NCBI GenBank assembly: GCA_951406725.2
Contig: OX597820.1
Location: 97,402,001-97,466,000 of the forward strand
DNA: 64,000 nucleotides
Direction of reading: 5' to 3'
Origin: Octopus vulgaris
Lineage: Eukaryota
How positions within the stretch are numbered: position 1 is the stretch's first letter; each line of letters opens with the position of its first letter. Below, piece by piece: positions 26,421 through 43,334 of the stretch. A program made the translations under genes and the position numbers. The notes beneath the pieces are model-generated. The model searched no databases. It was not told where the DNA came from and was given only the letters and a program-made list of their open reading frames with translations.

Positions 26421-26975
26421 TTGAGTGAGAGAGCAGTGAATGTCATCAAAGTGACACTGGGGTAAAATATACGAAGCCCAGTATACCCATCATGACTACC
26501 CGTCTGATAAGGGTACACTAGGCACATGCATCACAACCATATGTGCGCGACATGGTGATCTCATATCAAGATAAACAGCACATGACCTTGCAGGTGGGGC
26601 CCAGTTAGAATTTTCTTCAGATTGAGTAACCCATTCCGCTCTAAAGGTCCCTGAATAAGAGTTGTTTAAGGATGTTGAACGAAACGCCCATGTTTCCAGG
26701 GGTGAATTATTCAAACCCCAAAGAATCCCTCTCAACACATGGCTATGATGCTCCCCCACTACTTATGCTCGTGATCAGAGATGCACATATCGTCAGTCAC
26801 TAAGGGACATGCTCAACTGGTTAAGGTCAAACAACTGACAAGCAAATCTGTGGTATTGAGCAGAATATTTGCTGTGGCCCATCTTTTATACCAAGACAAA
26901 ACAATGTACATGATAACACTTCCAATCAGTTAAGATCAGAAGCCACGAGAGCCACTGCCTGGTACTGCATCAGGG

Positions 26976-26978
<3 letters not shown>
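26421..26978 (-). mobile_element. Non-autonomous ~550-bp (TAA)n-embedded element, full copy
   Basis: (TAT)n on both sides; reverse complement of 33331-33872. Confidence 0.85.
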
Positions 26979-27072
<94 letters not shown>

Positions 27073-27904
27073 GGCAGTGAGCTGGCAAAATCGTTAATGT
27101 TATGGGGATCAGCCTGAAGATTACGACATTGGTACAACAATGAATAGCCCCGACCTCCTATAAAAAGGGGAGGAGGCGACAAGCAGGCTTGTTGACCCAT
27201 GTAAAATATCTCTTGGAAAGCCCTAGTCAAAAATGTTTCAGTTCTGTCTATCTTGCCTTTTTTATTGCCAGGGCTACATTGTTCAGTGTGCTCTTCCAGT
27301 TTATGACGGTAATATGTGGTTTGAGAGGCGGCGAGTTGGCAGAAATGTTAGCACGCCGAGGAAAATACTTGCAGCACTTCCTCCATCTTTACGTTATAGT
27401 TCAAATGTCGCCGAGATCAACTTTGCCTTTCATCCTTTTCCACCAAAACCAACTTTATCTTTCATCGTTTTGAAGTCGATAAAATAAGTACCAGTTAAGT
27501 ACTGGGGTCGACGTAATCGATTTATCTCCCCCCACCCTGAAATTGCTTGCTTTGTGTCAAAATTCGAAACCAGTGTGTGATTTGAGTGAATTTGGTTACT
27601 ATTACTAACATTACGAGTGGCTGTATAGAAGCTCCATCACAGAAGCAAGTAGTTTAGCATACGTGGCTGAATAATCCACAGATAGCTGTATACTTTTTGT
27701 GATCCTCAGATAGAACAAGCATTACAATATATGCGATAACGCTGAGTCTTTGAATCAAATTTGCTACATCACATTTTATTTTTCTACAGACTCTCGTACC
27801 GTTATTATAGTCTTCAGGCAGACTCACCATAACGCTGAGTGCAACAAGGCGCAGAGATGGCTGCAGAGTTAACAAATTTGTTCCAAAGTTATTGGTTAGT
27901 GGTT

Positions 27905-27991
27905 CATTTGCCGAACCGCTAAGTAACGGGGACATAAACACACCAGCATCGGTTATCAAGCAAAGCTAGGGGGACAAACACAGACACACAA

Positions 27992-28044
<53 letters not shown>

Positions 28045-28200
28045 CGACGAGCTTCTTTCAGTTTCCGTCTACCAAATCCACTCACAAGGCTTTGGTCGGC
28101 CCGAGGCTATAGTAGAAGACACATGCCCAAGGTGTCACGCAGTGGGACTGAACCCGGAACCATGTGGTTGGTAAACAAGCTACTTACCACACAGCCACTG
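27905..28200 (-). mobile_element. SINE family A
   Basis: tRNA head, CORE-like block and internal microsatellite. Confidence 0.85.
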
Positions 28201-29399
28201 AATCATTCCTAAAGAAGACAAAGTCTTACATAATAAAGCTACATGTAGACTTCGGAGCGTCATCAGTCATGTTCCTGCTTACAAATATAAATAGAAGCAA
28301 ACTGGTGTGCTGAAGTCTAATGACTGAACATAACCGTATTAAGCTTTCAAAAATATGTTTAAAATATTGTATCATATTTGAAGTATTTTATTTGGTTGAA
28401 ATATTTTACTACTATAATAATGAAATTATCGTATACAGTGCTCAGGTGCACCACAACTTGTCAAAAGTGCGTATAAAGAACATGAAGTAATGTACAAATG
28501 TCTGGAAAGTGAGCAGTGTATGAGTCAGATACATGCTTACGTGTGTATGGAGACCCCTCTAATCAAGACCCCTCTAAATAATCAGCGCCCTCCACTGCAT
28601 CCGCTTGACATTTACCTCTCTTTGTCAGTTGGCAACATAGCCCAATGGGCACTACCATCTACGTTTTGAATTAGTGATCTTGAAGGAACGTTCGTATTTT
28701 GTATTTTATATAACTGTCTACTTTGTTACTGATTTTAGGATAATTTTCTTCTTAAAGTATTAGGCTTGCTATTGAAGAACGGACATATAACTGTAACATA
28801 ATGTGATGCAGTTGTTAAATTTGGTAAAGTTGCTGACTCTTCGATACAGTGTTTATTCTAACTTTTCTGGTTGGTATAGTAGAATCGTTAGCACGCCGAC
28901 GAAATGCTTAGCGGCATTTCTTCTGCTTTACGTTCTGAGTTCAATTCCCGGTCAAGGTCAACTTTGTCTTTCATCCCTTCGGGGTTCGATAAAATAAAAT
29001 ACCTGTCAAATACTGGGGGAGGGGTACAATGTAATCGACTAGCCCCTCACCTGAAATTGCCGGTCTTGTGTCAAAATTTGAAACCATTATTATCAGTGTG
29101 TTAATTTATTTTGCATGCTTGCACCTTATAGGGCCCTGTTTGTTAGCATCGTTTGTAGAACTATTTAAGCCCTGATCTATATAATGCTATGAGGCCTCCA
29201 CCGTAATTTGGCTTGTCCTGCTAAACTAGGATATTGTTTAGAATTTGTTGATTCAGTGTTAGGAGTTTCATTTATGTTTTGAAAGTGTTTTTGTAGCTCA
29301 TTAATTCTGCATTTCAGTAAATTTCAGCTTGTTTTTGTTGTTACATGGTGAACATTGGTTTCTGCAGCAGGGATAGCCTACTTTGTATATCTCTTTCTC

Positions 29400-29795
29400 A
29401 TTTACTTGTTTCAGTCATTTGACTGCAGCCATGCTGGAGCACCGCCTTTAATCGAGCAACTCGACCCCGGGACTTATTCTTTTTGTAAGCCCAGTACTTA
29501 TTCTATCGGTCTCTTTTGCCGAACCGCTAAGTTACGGGGACATAAACACACCAGCATCGGTTGTCAAGCAATGCGAGGGGGACAAACACAGACACACAAA
29601 CGCACATACGCATATATATATATATATACATATATACGACGGGATTCTTTCAGTTTCCGTCTACCAAATCCACTCACAAGGCTTTGGCCGGCCCGAGGCT
29701 ATAGTAGAAGACACTTGCCCAAGGTGCCACGCAGTGGGACTGAACCCGGAACCTTGTGGTTGGTAAACAAGCTCCTTACCACACAGCCACTCCTG
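29400..29795 (-). mobile_element. SINE family A, full copy
   Basis: Complete head-to-tail match to 16367-16805. Confidence 0.9.
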
Positions 29796-30259
29796 CTATA
29801 TGGTATGTTTATGCTTTGATACATCAGTTATTTTTTCCCTTTTAGCAGCACTGTACACTATGTGTGGCGTAACCGTTGTTGAAGCTGAGTACCTTAATAT
29901 GAAAACAAGTGACGTTAATTCTAGTCGTCTGAGTGGTATATTGTGATTCTATGTATATCTAAGAGAGTTTGTGTTGTCTATTTGAATGTAAGTGTATTGC
30001 GTTTGTCAGATTTGTATTAGGTTGTTCTACTTATTTCAATCACTGGACTGCGGTTACGCTGGGGCCCCGCCTTAGAGGGTTTTGTCAAACAAATCGACCC
30101 TAGTACTTTATTTTTTTATAGTTTGACATTTATAATATCTGTCTGTTTCGCTGAACCTGTATGGTACGGACGGAGGCTTGCACAAACCAGCACTGGTTGT
30201 CAAGCGGTGGTGGTGGGAACGAACACACACACATGACTGACTGACTGACTTTCAGTTTC

Positions 30260-30494
30260 GTATTTCTTTATTGCCCACCAGGGGCTAAACACAGAGGGGA
30301 CAAACAAGGACAGACATAGGTATTAAGTCGATTATATCGACCCCAGTGCGTAACTGGTACTTATTTAATCGACCCTGAAAGGATAAAAGGCAAAGTCGAC
30401 CTCGGCGGAATTTGAACTCAGAACGTAGCAGCAGACGAAATACTGCGAAGCATTTCGCCCGGCGTGCTAACGTTTCTGCCAGCTCGCCGCCTTA
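30260..30494 (-). mobile_element. SINE family B nested in an older family A copy
   Basis: Flanked by a duplicated TGACTTTCAGTTTC (14 bp). Confidence 0.9.
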
Positions 30495-31270
30495 GTGACT
30501 TTCAGTTTCTGTCTACCAGATCCGTTCACAAGGCTTTGATTAGCACGAGGATATAGTAGAAGACAGTTGCTACCCAGTGGGACTGAACTCGAACCACGTG
30601 GTTGGAAAATCAAACTTACTATTCAGCTTTGGATATGCCTATAGCAGAAAGAAAAAGAAATTCCCTCTATTTCTTTTGTTTTTTGTTTTTGTCTCCTTTA
30701 AGACGGGAGCGAAGGAAATGGTCAGAGTAGGGCGTTAGAATGTCAAAATATATCATTTAAACTTTGACCTTACGTTAAAAAGTCAAATTATTTACGTTTC
30801 TTTGTGCCATTGAACTAGTAAATAGATTCCAAGATAAAAAATAAATCATAAAATATCACGTGGGATAAATATTTTTGGTTAGCAGCCAGGGGATCAAATG
30901 TCAAGAATTGGTACGGTATATTATATCTTATCATCACCATATGGGTGCAGGCGTGGATCTATGGTTAAGAGGTTCGCTTCACACATGGTTTTAGTTTTGA
31001 CTAGCCTGTGCGACACTTTAGTTTAGGCAAGTAGCATTTACCCAGAATCTCATGCCGACCAAAGTCTTGTGAGTGAGATTTCGTATTAGGAAAGTGCGTA
31101 GATGCTTATCAACGGGTTCGTTTCTGTTCTTAGTAGTCATACTTAATTCGTTTGCCTATTTTAAAACTACCACATGACCCTTGGGTGACTTTCTGTGGTG
31201 TTTGTTTTAAGTATTTGGGCCAGGTCTAAGACGCAAGGATAAATTCCCTTCCTCCTTCTAGACTGCAAGG

Positions 31271-31630
31271 CAGCGCCATCTTTGGGCATGGGTATACTGG
31301 GTAGTCGCCCAGGAGCCTCACGGGTGTAGGAGCCCAGCTCTGATCTATATATGCCGCTGCTTACTGTCAGATAATAAATACTACATGGGGATCTAGTAAC
31401 ATTTTTTTCAACCGCTTGAAGTTTTTCAAATTTTCATCAGATTTTTTTTTCAAAACATATACTTTTGCATGCTGATAACAAAAATCGTATCTACTTTTTT
31501 CTGAAAATTAAAACAAAAACCTAGTGACAAAAAATAAACCGCAAGTAGTTGGAGGAAATATAATAAGATCCCTATAGCGTCGAGTCCTTTGATCGCTCAG
31601 GGGCCTATAATGTTTCTAAGATGTTTCACC
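31271..31630. mobile_element. Degenerate hAT-type MITE
   Basis: Ends CAGCGCCATCTT...GCCCAGGAGCC and GCTCAGGGGCC...AAGATG resemble hAT MITE termini. Confidence 0.4.
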
Positions 31631-33272
31631 TGTCAAGTCCTATCGAAGGGTCAAGGGTCCAACTAAGCTATGTATATCGAATAAAATGTAACGTTTACAT
31701 CTTATTAAAAGGAATTTAGTGAAATATGTGAGAAGACTTCACAAACATATCGAACCTGCGTCGTTGAATAAGTCATCTATCATCCGGAATTTTTCAACTT
31801 GTATTTAATATTGATCCCAGTGCTTAACTTATTTTATTGACCTCGAAAGAATGACAGGTAAAGTCGACCTCGGTGGAATTTGACCTAAGAACATACAGAC
31901 GGACGGAACGCCGCATTTTGCCCGGCGTGCTAACGGTTCTGCCAGCTCACCGCCTTCGAGCTTCTATGTAACATTGATTTGTAACATAAGCACAAGGTTA
32001 CATATTTGTGGTGGAGAGGGAAAGGTATAATCGATTATATAATCGATTATATTAACCCCAGTACTTAACTGGTAATTATTTTATTCACTCCAGAATGACA
32101 AAAGAAAAACGTCGACCTCAGGGAGGGAACCCATTACGCAAAAGGACGTACCTAAATACCACGAGGCATTTTGTCCGCTGCTCAAACGACTCGGCCAAGC
32201 CATTGTTCTGAGACTTAATATTAGGTTCATATCTAGGCTCACTGTCACAAATTGGGAGTAGATAGTTAATTATATCGACCGCCCTCCTATATTGATGTTA
32301 ATTGTTCAAAGAACAGATTCTAGTCTATTGGATTGTTATCAGTAAGGCACTGATATTTCATTTTAATGGTCCTGGCTGGGTTTGAATTTGGAATCGAGAG
32401 GAACGAAATGAACTAATAAAGCATTTCCGGACCGTGATGGTTTGTAACCTCTTATAATTTACGAACAGGAATTTCAAATTCCTGTGACTGCCAAACCGAT
32501 TTACTGGTATCTTGCATAGACTAGTCTCATGCACAGTAAAGCATGAATAAATTTGTATAATTTCTACTAATGTACAGGCCACGCGATCACGTGACTGACC
32601 AGGCTATCAGATGTTACATACCGCTGGTCACAATGCGCTTTTGTATTGTTGTTGCCTTCAAATATCGTAATCCTGTTGATCGAAGTGGGGGCTGGAGCAA
32701 TGTGAAATGACGTGTTTGCTCAAGAACACAACGCGCCGCCCAGTCAGGGAATCGAACCCACGATCTGGCGATCGTGAGTGCAACAGCCTAATCACTAGAC
32801 CACGTACCTTCACTAATGTACAAGTACCTCTGTAAATTTAGGCAAGCTGGCAGAATCATGAACACGTCAGGCAAAATACTTAGCGGCATTTCGATCGTCT
32901 TTACGTTCTGAGTTCAAATTCTGCCGAGGTCGACTTTGCTATACATCTTTTTGGGTCGATAAAATAATTACCAGTTAAGCATTGGATCGATGTTATCAAG
33001 TTATCCCATCCCCAAATTTCAAGATTTGGGTCGAAATTTGAAATCAATATTTGTTTAATTTAGAGTGTGAGCATCCCTGGTTTTTAATTTTGGCACAAGG
33101 CACGCAAATTTGAGGGGAAAAGTTTAGTCGATTCCTGTACTTGTACTTGACTGGTACTTTAATTTACTGATCCTGGAAGGATGAAGAATTCATCTCGGCA
33201 TGACTTAAAGTCAGATCATAAAATGCCGGAATAAATACCACAAAAAGTTTTCCCTCAACGGTTTGATGCTTC

Positions 33273-33313
<41 letters not shown>

Positions 33314-33330
33314 TAATAATAATAATAATA

Positions 33331-33871
33331 ATGCACTGATGCAGTACCAGACAGTGGCTCTCGTGGCTTCTGATCTTAACTGATTGGAAGTGTTATCATG
33401 TACATTGTTTTGTCTTGGTATAAAAGGTGGGCTACAGCAGATATTCTGCTCAATGCCACAGATTTGCTTTTCAGTTGTTTGACCATAACCTTAGTGACTG
33501 ACGATATGTGCATCTCTGATCACGAGCAGAAGTAGTGGGTGAGCATCATAGTCATGTGTTGAGAGGGATTCTTTGGGGTTTGAATAGTTCACTTCTGGAA
33601 ACATGGCTGTTTCGTTCAACATCCTTAAACAACCCTTATTCAGGGACCTTTTGAGCGGGATGGGTTACTCGACCTGAAGAAAATTCTAACTGGGCTCCAC
33701 CTGCAAGGTCATGTGCTGTTTATCTTGATATGAGATCACCATGTCGCGCACATATGGTTGTGAGGCATGTGCCTAGTGTACCCTTATCAGACGGGTAGTC
33801 ATGATGGGTATACTGGGCTTCGTATATTTCACCCCAGTGTCACTTTGATGGCATGCACTGCTCTCTCACAC

Positions 33872-33872
<1 letters not shown>
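33331..33872 (+). mobile_element. Non-autonomous ~550-bp (TAA)n-embedded element, full copy
   Basis: (AAT)n on both sides; no meaningful ORF. Confidence 0.85.
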
Positions 33873-33937
<65 letters not shown>

Positions 33938-34822
33938 CCTTTCTACTAAAGGCACAAAACCGGAAATTTGTAGGAGGGGACTAGTCGATTTCATCGACCC
34001 CAGTGCGTAACTGGTACTTAATTTATCGATACCCGAGGGAATGAAAGGTAAAGTCGACCTCAGCGGAATTTGAACTCAGAACGTGCAGACAGACAAAATG
34101 CCGCTAAGCATTTGACCCGGCATGTTAACAATTTTGCCCACTCTCTGCGTTAATCTAATAATGATGATAATCCTTTCTACTAAAGGCACCAGACCTGAAA
34201 TTTGTGGGGAGGGGAGAAATCGGTTTCGTCGACCCCGAAAGGAAAGGCATAATCGATCTTGGCGGAATTTGATCTCAGAAAGTGCAGACGGACTAATTAC
34301 CGCAAACATTTTGCCAGACGTGCTAACGATTCTGCAAGGTCGCTATCTTTTTATTGTTTCATATAACGGTCTCGAATTTTGGCACAGGGCCAGCAGTTTT
34401 TGAGATGGCGGCAGAAGTCATCCACCTCAGTATTTGAGTATTACTTATTTCATCGATCTCAGTACTTGTCTGGTACTTATAATCAAGCTCCAACAGGATG
34501 AAAGGGAAAGTCGACCTCGGTGGCATTTCAACTCAGAACATGAGGACGAAAGAAATACCTATTTCTTTACTACCCACAGGGAGCTAAACACAGAGAGGAC
34601 AAACAAGAACAGACAAACGGATTAAGTCGCTTATATCGACTCCAGTGCGTAACTTTTACTTATTTAATCGACCCCGAAAGGGCGAAAGGCAAAATCGTCC
34701 TCGGCGGAATTTGAACTCAGAACGTAGCGGCAGACGAAATACCTATTTTTTTTACTACCCACAAGGGGCTAAACACAGAGGAGACAAACAAGGACAGACA
34801 AAGGGATTAAGTCGATTATATC
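33938..34822 (-). mobile_element. Cluster of SINE family B copies and multimers
   Basis: Repeated gtcgacctcggcggaatttgaactcagaac blocks at ~34050, 34255, 34510 and 34700. Confidence 0.8.
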
Positions 34823-34872
34823 TACCCAGCATGGCCGCAATCTAATGACTGAAAGAAGTAAAGATAAACGAT

Positions 34873-34914
<42 letters not shown>

Positions 34915-35066
34915 GTAAGTAGCTTGCTAACCAACCACATGGTTCGGGGTTCAGTCCCACTGCGTAGCATCTTGGGCAAGTGTCTTCTGCTATAGCCTCG
35001 GGCCGACCAATGCCTTGTGAGTGGATTTGGTAGACGGAAACTGAAAGAAGCCTGTCGTATATATAT

Positions 35067-35360
35067 CACGTGATCACGTGACCGACCAGACCATCAGATG
35101 TTGCTACACATCGCTGGTCACAATGCGTTCGCATTGTTTTAACCTTCGAATGACGCCACCCTGCTGGCTAAGCGAGCAGGCCAACAGAAGAAAGAGTGAG
35201 AGAAGGAGTGGTGAAGGAGTACAGCAGGGATCACCACCCCCTACCGGGGCCTCGTGGAGCTCTTAGGTGTTTTCGCTCAATAAACACACACAACGCCCGG
35301 TCTGGGAATCGAAACCGCGATCCTACGACCGCGAGTCCGCTGCCCTAATCACTGGGCCAT
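35067..35360 (-). mobile_element. SINE family C, full copy
   Basis: Matches 21628-21931. Confidence 0.9.
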
Positions 35361-35369
35361 ATATATATG

Positions 35370-35554
<185 letters not shown>

Positions 35555-36779
35555 TGTATATACTGTATATAAACATACATGAGCAGACACACACATAGTA
35601 CGTACATCTTACATCAGCGAATGATGTAATAAATATAAATATAACGAAGACTCCTGTCTGTGTGTTCGTTTCACAGTTTGTTGGTCTATCTGGCTGCAGG
35701 AATCATACACACGCACATAAGCACCCAAACATTTACACTCCTGTGCAAAGCTCGCACGCATACACGCTCATATAGATTCACATGTGCTTATAAAAGTTCC
35801 TCCTCTCTCCCTCTGCAACAAATATACGTGTATACGCATACAAAAATAAACACTCTTAGGCCCTTAGCATTCATATTACTGTGACTAATATATTCTTTCT
35901 TCTACTTGCTTCAGTCATTTGTCTGCGGCCATGCTGGAGCATCGCCTTTAGTCGAACAAATCGACCCCAGGACTTATTCTTTGTAAGCCTAGTACTTAGT
36001 CTATCGGTCGCTTTTGCCGAACCGCTAAGTTACGGGGACGTAAACACACCGACATCGATTGTCAAGCGATGGAGAGGGTACAAACACAGACACACAAACA
36101 CACACACACGCACACACAGACACACACACACACACACGCACACACACACACATACACGCACACACACTCGCACCTATACACACAAATATAAATTCATACG
36201 TGTAATAGTAAAAATGGATCCCTAAAGAATCCCACTCAACACATGGCTATGATGCTCCCCCACTACTTCTGTTCGTGATCAGAGATGCACATATCGTCAA
36301 CCACTAAGGAGCATGCTCAACTGGTTAAGGTCAAACAACTGACAAGTAAATCTGTGGTATTGAGCAGAATATTTGCTGTAGTCCATCTTTTATACCAAGA
36401 CAGAACAATGTACATGACAACACTTCCAATCAGTTAAGGTCAGAAGCCATGAGAGCCACTGCCTGGTACTGCATCAGGGCATTTTATTATTATTATCATC
36501 ATTCAGGCGGTGAGCTGGTAGAATCGTTAGCAAGATTTCATCCAATTTTCCGTTGAGTTCAAATTCCGCCGTGGCTGACTTTATCATCTTTTCAGGTCAA
36601 TAAAATAAGTACTAATTGAGCTCAGGGGTCGGTGTAATCAAATTTTCCGCTACCCCGAAATTGCTGGCCTCGTTCAAAAAACTTGAAACCTCTATAATTA
36701 CTTATTTACTAATCTGTTCACCACCAATAACACCAAGAACGAGCGGTCCCTTCTTCCACTTCCTTCGTAAAGACAAGAC

Positions 36780-37235
36780 GTTCTTTTACCTGTCTCTTCT
36801 GATAGCTTGTCTTTCTAGCGTTCATAATTTTCCACATCGTCTTGGCTTAACAGCCCTCACCGTTTGCTTCTACTGTTTTGTTCTCACTGTCTGTTGTTGT
36901 TACCACTTTCACCCTCCGAGAAAATTCCCAAATTTTATTTAATTTGCTTTGCGGGAAGGATTGTTTCAACGAAGTCGCGTACTGTCCTTACCTTCGGAAC
37001 GCGGTATGGATGAAACAGGGACAACTGATGAAGGGAATGTTCTCTATGTTGCATGTCTTGTTTCTCTGTTTGTTTGTTTTTCGTTGTTCGAAAAAAGTTC
37101 GTTATCTACGTTTTTGTTTTTATGTTTACGTTTCTCATTGTTTCAACGTTTTTTTGATGCCCTGTACCCATATATGCATGTATATATACACATATATATA
37201 TAGGTATGTACATATGTGTATGTATATATGCATAT
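36780..37235 (+). mobile_element. Family P interspersed repeat
   Basis: Matches 22890-23370; runs into (TA)n. Confidence 0.75.
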
Positions 37236-37261
37236 ATTTATATATATATATTATTTATATA

Positions 37262-37402
<141 letters not shown>

Positions 37403-37925
37403 GACAGATCGTCTGTGTAATATACGTGTGTGCATATATACATTTATATTATATATTCGTATATACATATATCAGTGCATCCAGATACTCACGTCTTATA
37501 ATTTCTTTAAAGATTTCTCTCTTTCTCTCTCTAGCTGTGTGTATATGTTTGTGAGTGTGTTGTGCGCACTCGCCTGACTGTGTGTGTGTGTGTGTGTGTC
37601 TGTGTGGAGAAAAAGAGCGGGAAAGATACGAGAGATGTGGTTGGGGAGTGAAAGTGTACACTACATCAATCTACTACAAATCTATTCTAGCGAACAAAGA
37701 GGCATGGAAGCACAAATGTACACGCCTACACACACAGACACACACAGACACACACACACACACACACACACACACTACGTACATACACACGCATACACAC
37801 TCAAACATCTTACTGCGTTACCGTTTCAGAAGTAATTAGTGCAGAGAAAGGTGTGAAAATGTAGCAGTCATCATAACTGGCATACATACATACATACATA
37901 CATACATACATACATACATACATAC

Positions 37926-37976
<51 letters not shown>

Positions 37977-37984
37977 CATACACA

Positions 37985-38475
37985 GAGTAATCCCTCGACT
38001 ATCGCAGGCGTTACGTTCCAGAGCCCCGCGATAGGTGAAAATCCGCGAAGTAGAAACAGTACTGTACTGTATATTTTTTAAAATTATTTTTATAATTTGT
38101 ATATATATATATATATTTCATTATAAATGCAAAACAACACCACACACTCGCCTCCCGGTTTCCGTTTTCCATGCAGTTTGTGCGGTTCTTTGTTTGCTCA
38201 TCAACGATACACTACATATTTTCTTTTAATATATTTTAATTACAGCGCAGTACTGTACTGTAGTTTCATTTATTGATTTATAATTATTTTAGACATGAAA
38301 ATGCTTATCTTACCACAGAAATAATTAAAATCTAAAAAATTTAAATATCCACCGGCCGCAGAAACCCGCGATATACTAAGGAGTCCGCGATATAAATTTA
38401 CATATATTAGCTAGAAAAATCCGCGAATTTACTGAGGGTGCGATGGGTGAACTACAATATCGCGAGTGATTACTG
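37985..38475. mobile_element. Tigger/pogo-type MITE
   Basis: Imperfect TIRs GAGTAATCCCTCGA-TATCGC and TATCGCGAGTGATTACTG with CCGCGA subterminal repeats. Confidence 0.7.
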
Positions 38476-38589
38476 CATACTATTGCCTTCAAATATGAAG
38501 GCGGAGTGCTGGCAGGAACGGTAGCACGCCGGGCGAAATGCTTAGCAGTATTCTGTCTGTCTTTACGTTCTGAGTTCAAATTCCGCTAT

Positions 38590-38977
38590 TCTAGGCGCAA
38601 GGCCCGAAATTTTGGGGGAGGGGACTAGTCGATTAGATCGACTCCTGTACGCAACTGGTATGTAATTAATCGACCCCGAAAGGATGAAAGGTAAAGTCAA
38701 CCTCGATGGAATTTGAACACGTGCGTAAAGACAGACGAAATACCTAATTCATTACTACCCACAAGGGGCTAAACACAGAGAGGACAAACAAGGACAGACA
38801 AACGGATTAAGTCGATTATATCGACTCCAGTGCGTAACTGGTACTTATTTAATCGACCCCGAAAGGATGAAAGGCAAAGTCGACCTCGGCGGAATTTGAA
38901 CTCAGAACGTAGCGGCAGACGAAATACCGCTAAGCATTTTGCCCGGCATGCTAACGTTTCTGCCAGCTCGCCGCCTT
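38590..38977 (-). mobile_element. SINE family B dimer (full unit plus head-less unit with alternative tail)
   Basis: Junction cagacgaaatacctaattc at ~38735-38750. Confidence 0.85.
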
Positions 38978-39061
38978 CAAAAGCAAAGCACTACAATATT
39001 GAAGACAAACCAACAGTTGCAGCTTTATCTGCAATATTACAGGCTTAATATCGCACAATAT

Positions 39062-39105
<44 letters not shown>

Positions 39106-39372
39106 CGTGTGTGCATATATATTATAGGTATGGTGATGCAAGCAGGAAAAATAGAACTCAAAATATGAGTATTTTCTTTTAGTTGTTTCAGTCACTTGAC
39201 TGCGGTCATGCTGAGCACTGCCTTTAGTTGAACGAATCAACCCCGGGAGTTATTCTACCGGTCTCTTTTGCTGAACCACTAAGTTATAAAAATATAAACA
39301 CACCAACATAGATTGTCAAGTGATAATGGGTGGATGGGGGGGGGACAGACACGCACACACACACGCACACAC

Positions 39373-39427
<55 letters not shown>

Positions 39428-39648
39428 TATATATACGACGGGCTTTCTTTCAGTTTCTGTCGACCAAATTCACTCACAAGTCTTTGGTCGGCCCGAGGCT
39501 ATAGTAGAAGACACTTACTTAAGGTGCCACGCAGTGGAACTGAATCCAGAACCAAGTGGTCGGGTAGCAAGCTTCTTACCACACAGCCACGCCACATATA
39601 TGTACATGTATATATTTTTTATTAATATTTAGCAGATGCAGCAGGGTG

Positions 39649-40110
39649 AATCTAGGACCAAGAGTTTCGTGGTTTGGCACTCATCAGATTAGTTTGATGT
39701 GTGCCATATATATATATATATATATATATCAGAATTTTTTGTATAATGGGATAAAAAACCAAGGCTGTGTAGATAGAACGTTTATAGATAGAAGGTCTTA
39801 CAGCTGTTTCCAGGATATTTATTAATTATATCCCTTCACCGGAAACGGTGTGAGAGGATTGTTAGGTAATAATTAATTTAAATGGGATACAAAATAGAGA
39901 GTGAGGTGGAGGAAAGAAAATAGATGTGAGATATGTAGGGATATTGAATTTGTAGATCCATTTTTCAGGCAGAATGGTGTATATGTAAGATTCCAATACC
40001 TTAGAAAAATTCAACAGCATATAATATATATATATATATATTGTCTCTATGTAAAAACAGTTTTGTTAAAAAAAAAACGACGAACGGGAACGTGAAACTC
40101 TGAGTAACAG
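39649..40110. ncRNA. Three decayed hammerhead motifs
   Basis: 39649-39695(-) CTGATGA-GTG..CAC-GAAA..GTC; 39794-39846(-) CCGGTGA..GGATA..TATCC..GAAA-CAGCTG-TA; 40077-40110(+) ACGACGA-ACG..CGT-GAAA-CTCTGAG-TA. Confidence 0.55.
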
Positions 40111-40214
40111 CTTTAGTTATATTTCTGCTGCTTTTAAATAAAGCATATTACTCTATCTCTGGTATTAGAGTACTCTTTTTTCCACCTTGTTTCACATTTA
40201 TGTGCTTACTCCGG

Positions 40215-40254
<40 letters not shown>

Positions 40255-40684
40255 GTGTGTGTATTTGTAAATATGTACACACTCACCTTCACTTATATGT
40301 GAGGTACGTGTGCTTGTGTGTGTATGTGCGAATCTATGTGCGTGTGTGCGCGTGTGAGGTGAATCATAAATTTAGTTACAATACCTATTTCTTTACTACC
40401 AACAAGGGGCTAAACACAGAGAGGACAAACAAGGACAGACAGACGGACTAAGTCGATTACATTGACCCCAGCTGGTAACTGGTACTTAATTTATCAACCC
40501 CGAAAGGATGAAAGGCAAAGTCGACCTCGGCGGAATTTGAGCTCAGAACGTAACGGCAGAAGAAATACGGCTACGCATTTCGCCCGGCGTGCTAACGTTA
40601 CTGCCAGCTCGCAAATCACTGCCTTCTCTAGCTCCACCTCTTCTATCTCCCTTAATGCGCGCGCGCATCTACACATACACACGC

Positions 40685-40746
<62 letters not shown>

Positions 40747-41007
40747 CATGCTACAACCAGATATTACTTTTTTTTATTTGAAGATTTGTAGTTTTTGTGT
40801 GTATCAATTTAAATGTAATTTGGGGGAATTTTTTTTTTTAGTTTCCTCTCTAATCTTGACCAAATTTTGGCAGCTCTTTCCGGCTACTCAAACATTTACA
40901 TACATTCATACACACATACACACACACACACACAATTATATTTATGTACATCTTTATGCTTATTTGTGTATATGTGTATACACACAGGCGCGCATATCTA
41001 TCTATCA

Positions 41008-42830
<1,823 letters not shown>

Positions 42831-42980
42831 CATTATTATATGCTGGGCACACGGTAGGCGTAGCATATAATGAAGAAATAAAGGGATTTTTTTGCAAAAT
42901 TCTGACATTTTTTTTCAATATTCAATTCTGTACATCACACCTAACACTCTATACATACATACATACATACATACATACAT

Positions 42981-43042
<62 letters not shown>

Positions 43043-43054
43043 ACACACACACAT

Positions 43055-43089
<35 letters not shown>

Positions 43090-43334
43090 CATACCATTAT
43101 ATAGACATAAATATATGCATGCACTCATACATGCATGTATACATACATACATATCCAAGGCGGTGCCCCAGCTTGGCCAAAATCTAATGACTGACACAAG
43201 TAAAAAAGATTAAAAAAAAAGAGATATACATGTCTATACGCACGCACACACGCCCACAGTTCGATACCCGGCGGCATGTTGTGTCCTTGAGCAAGACACT
43301 TTATTTCACGTTCCTCCAGTTCACTCATATACTC

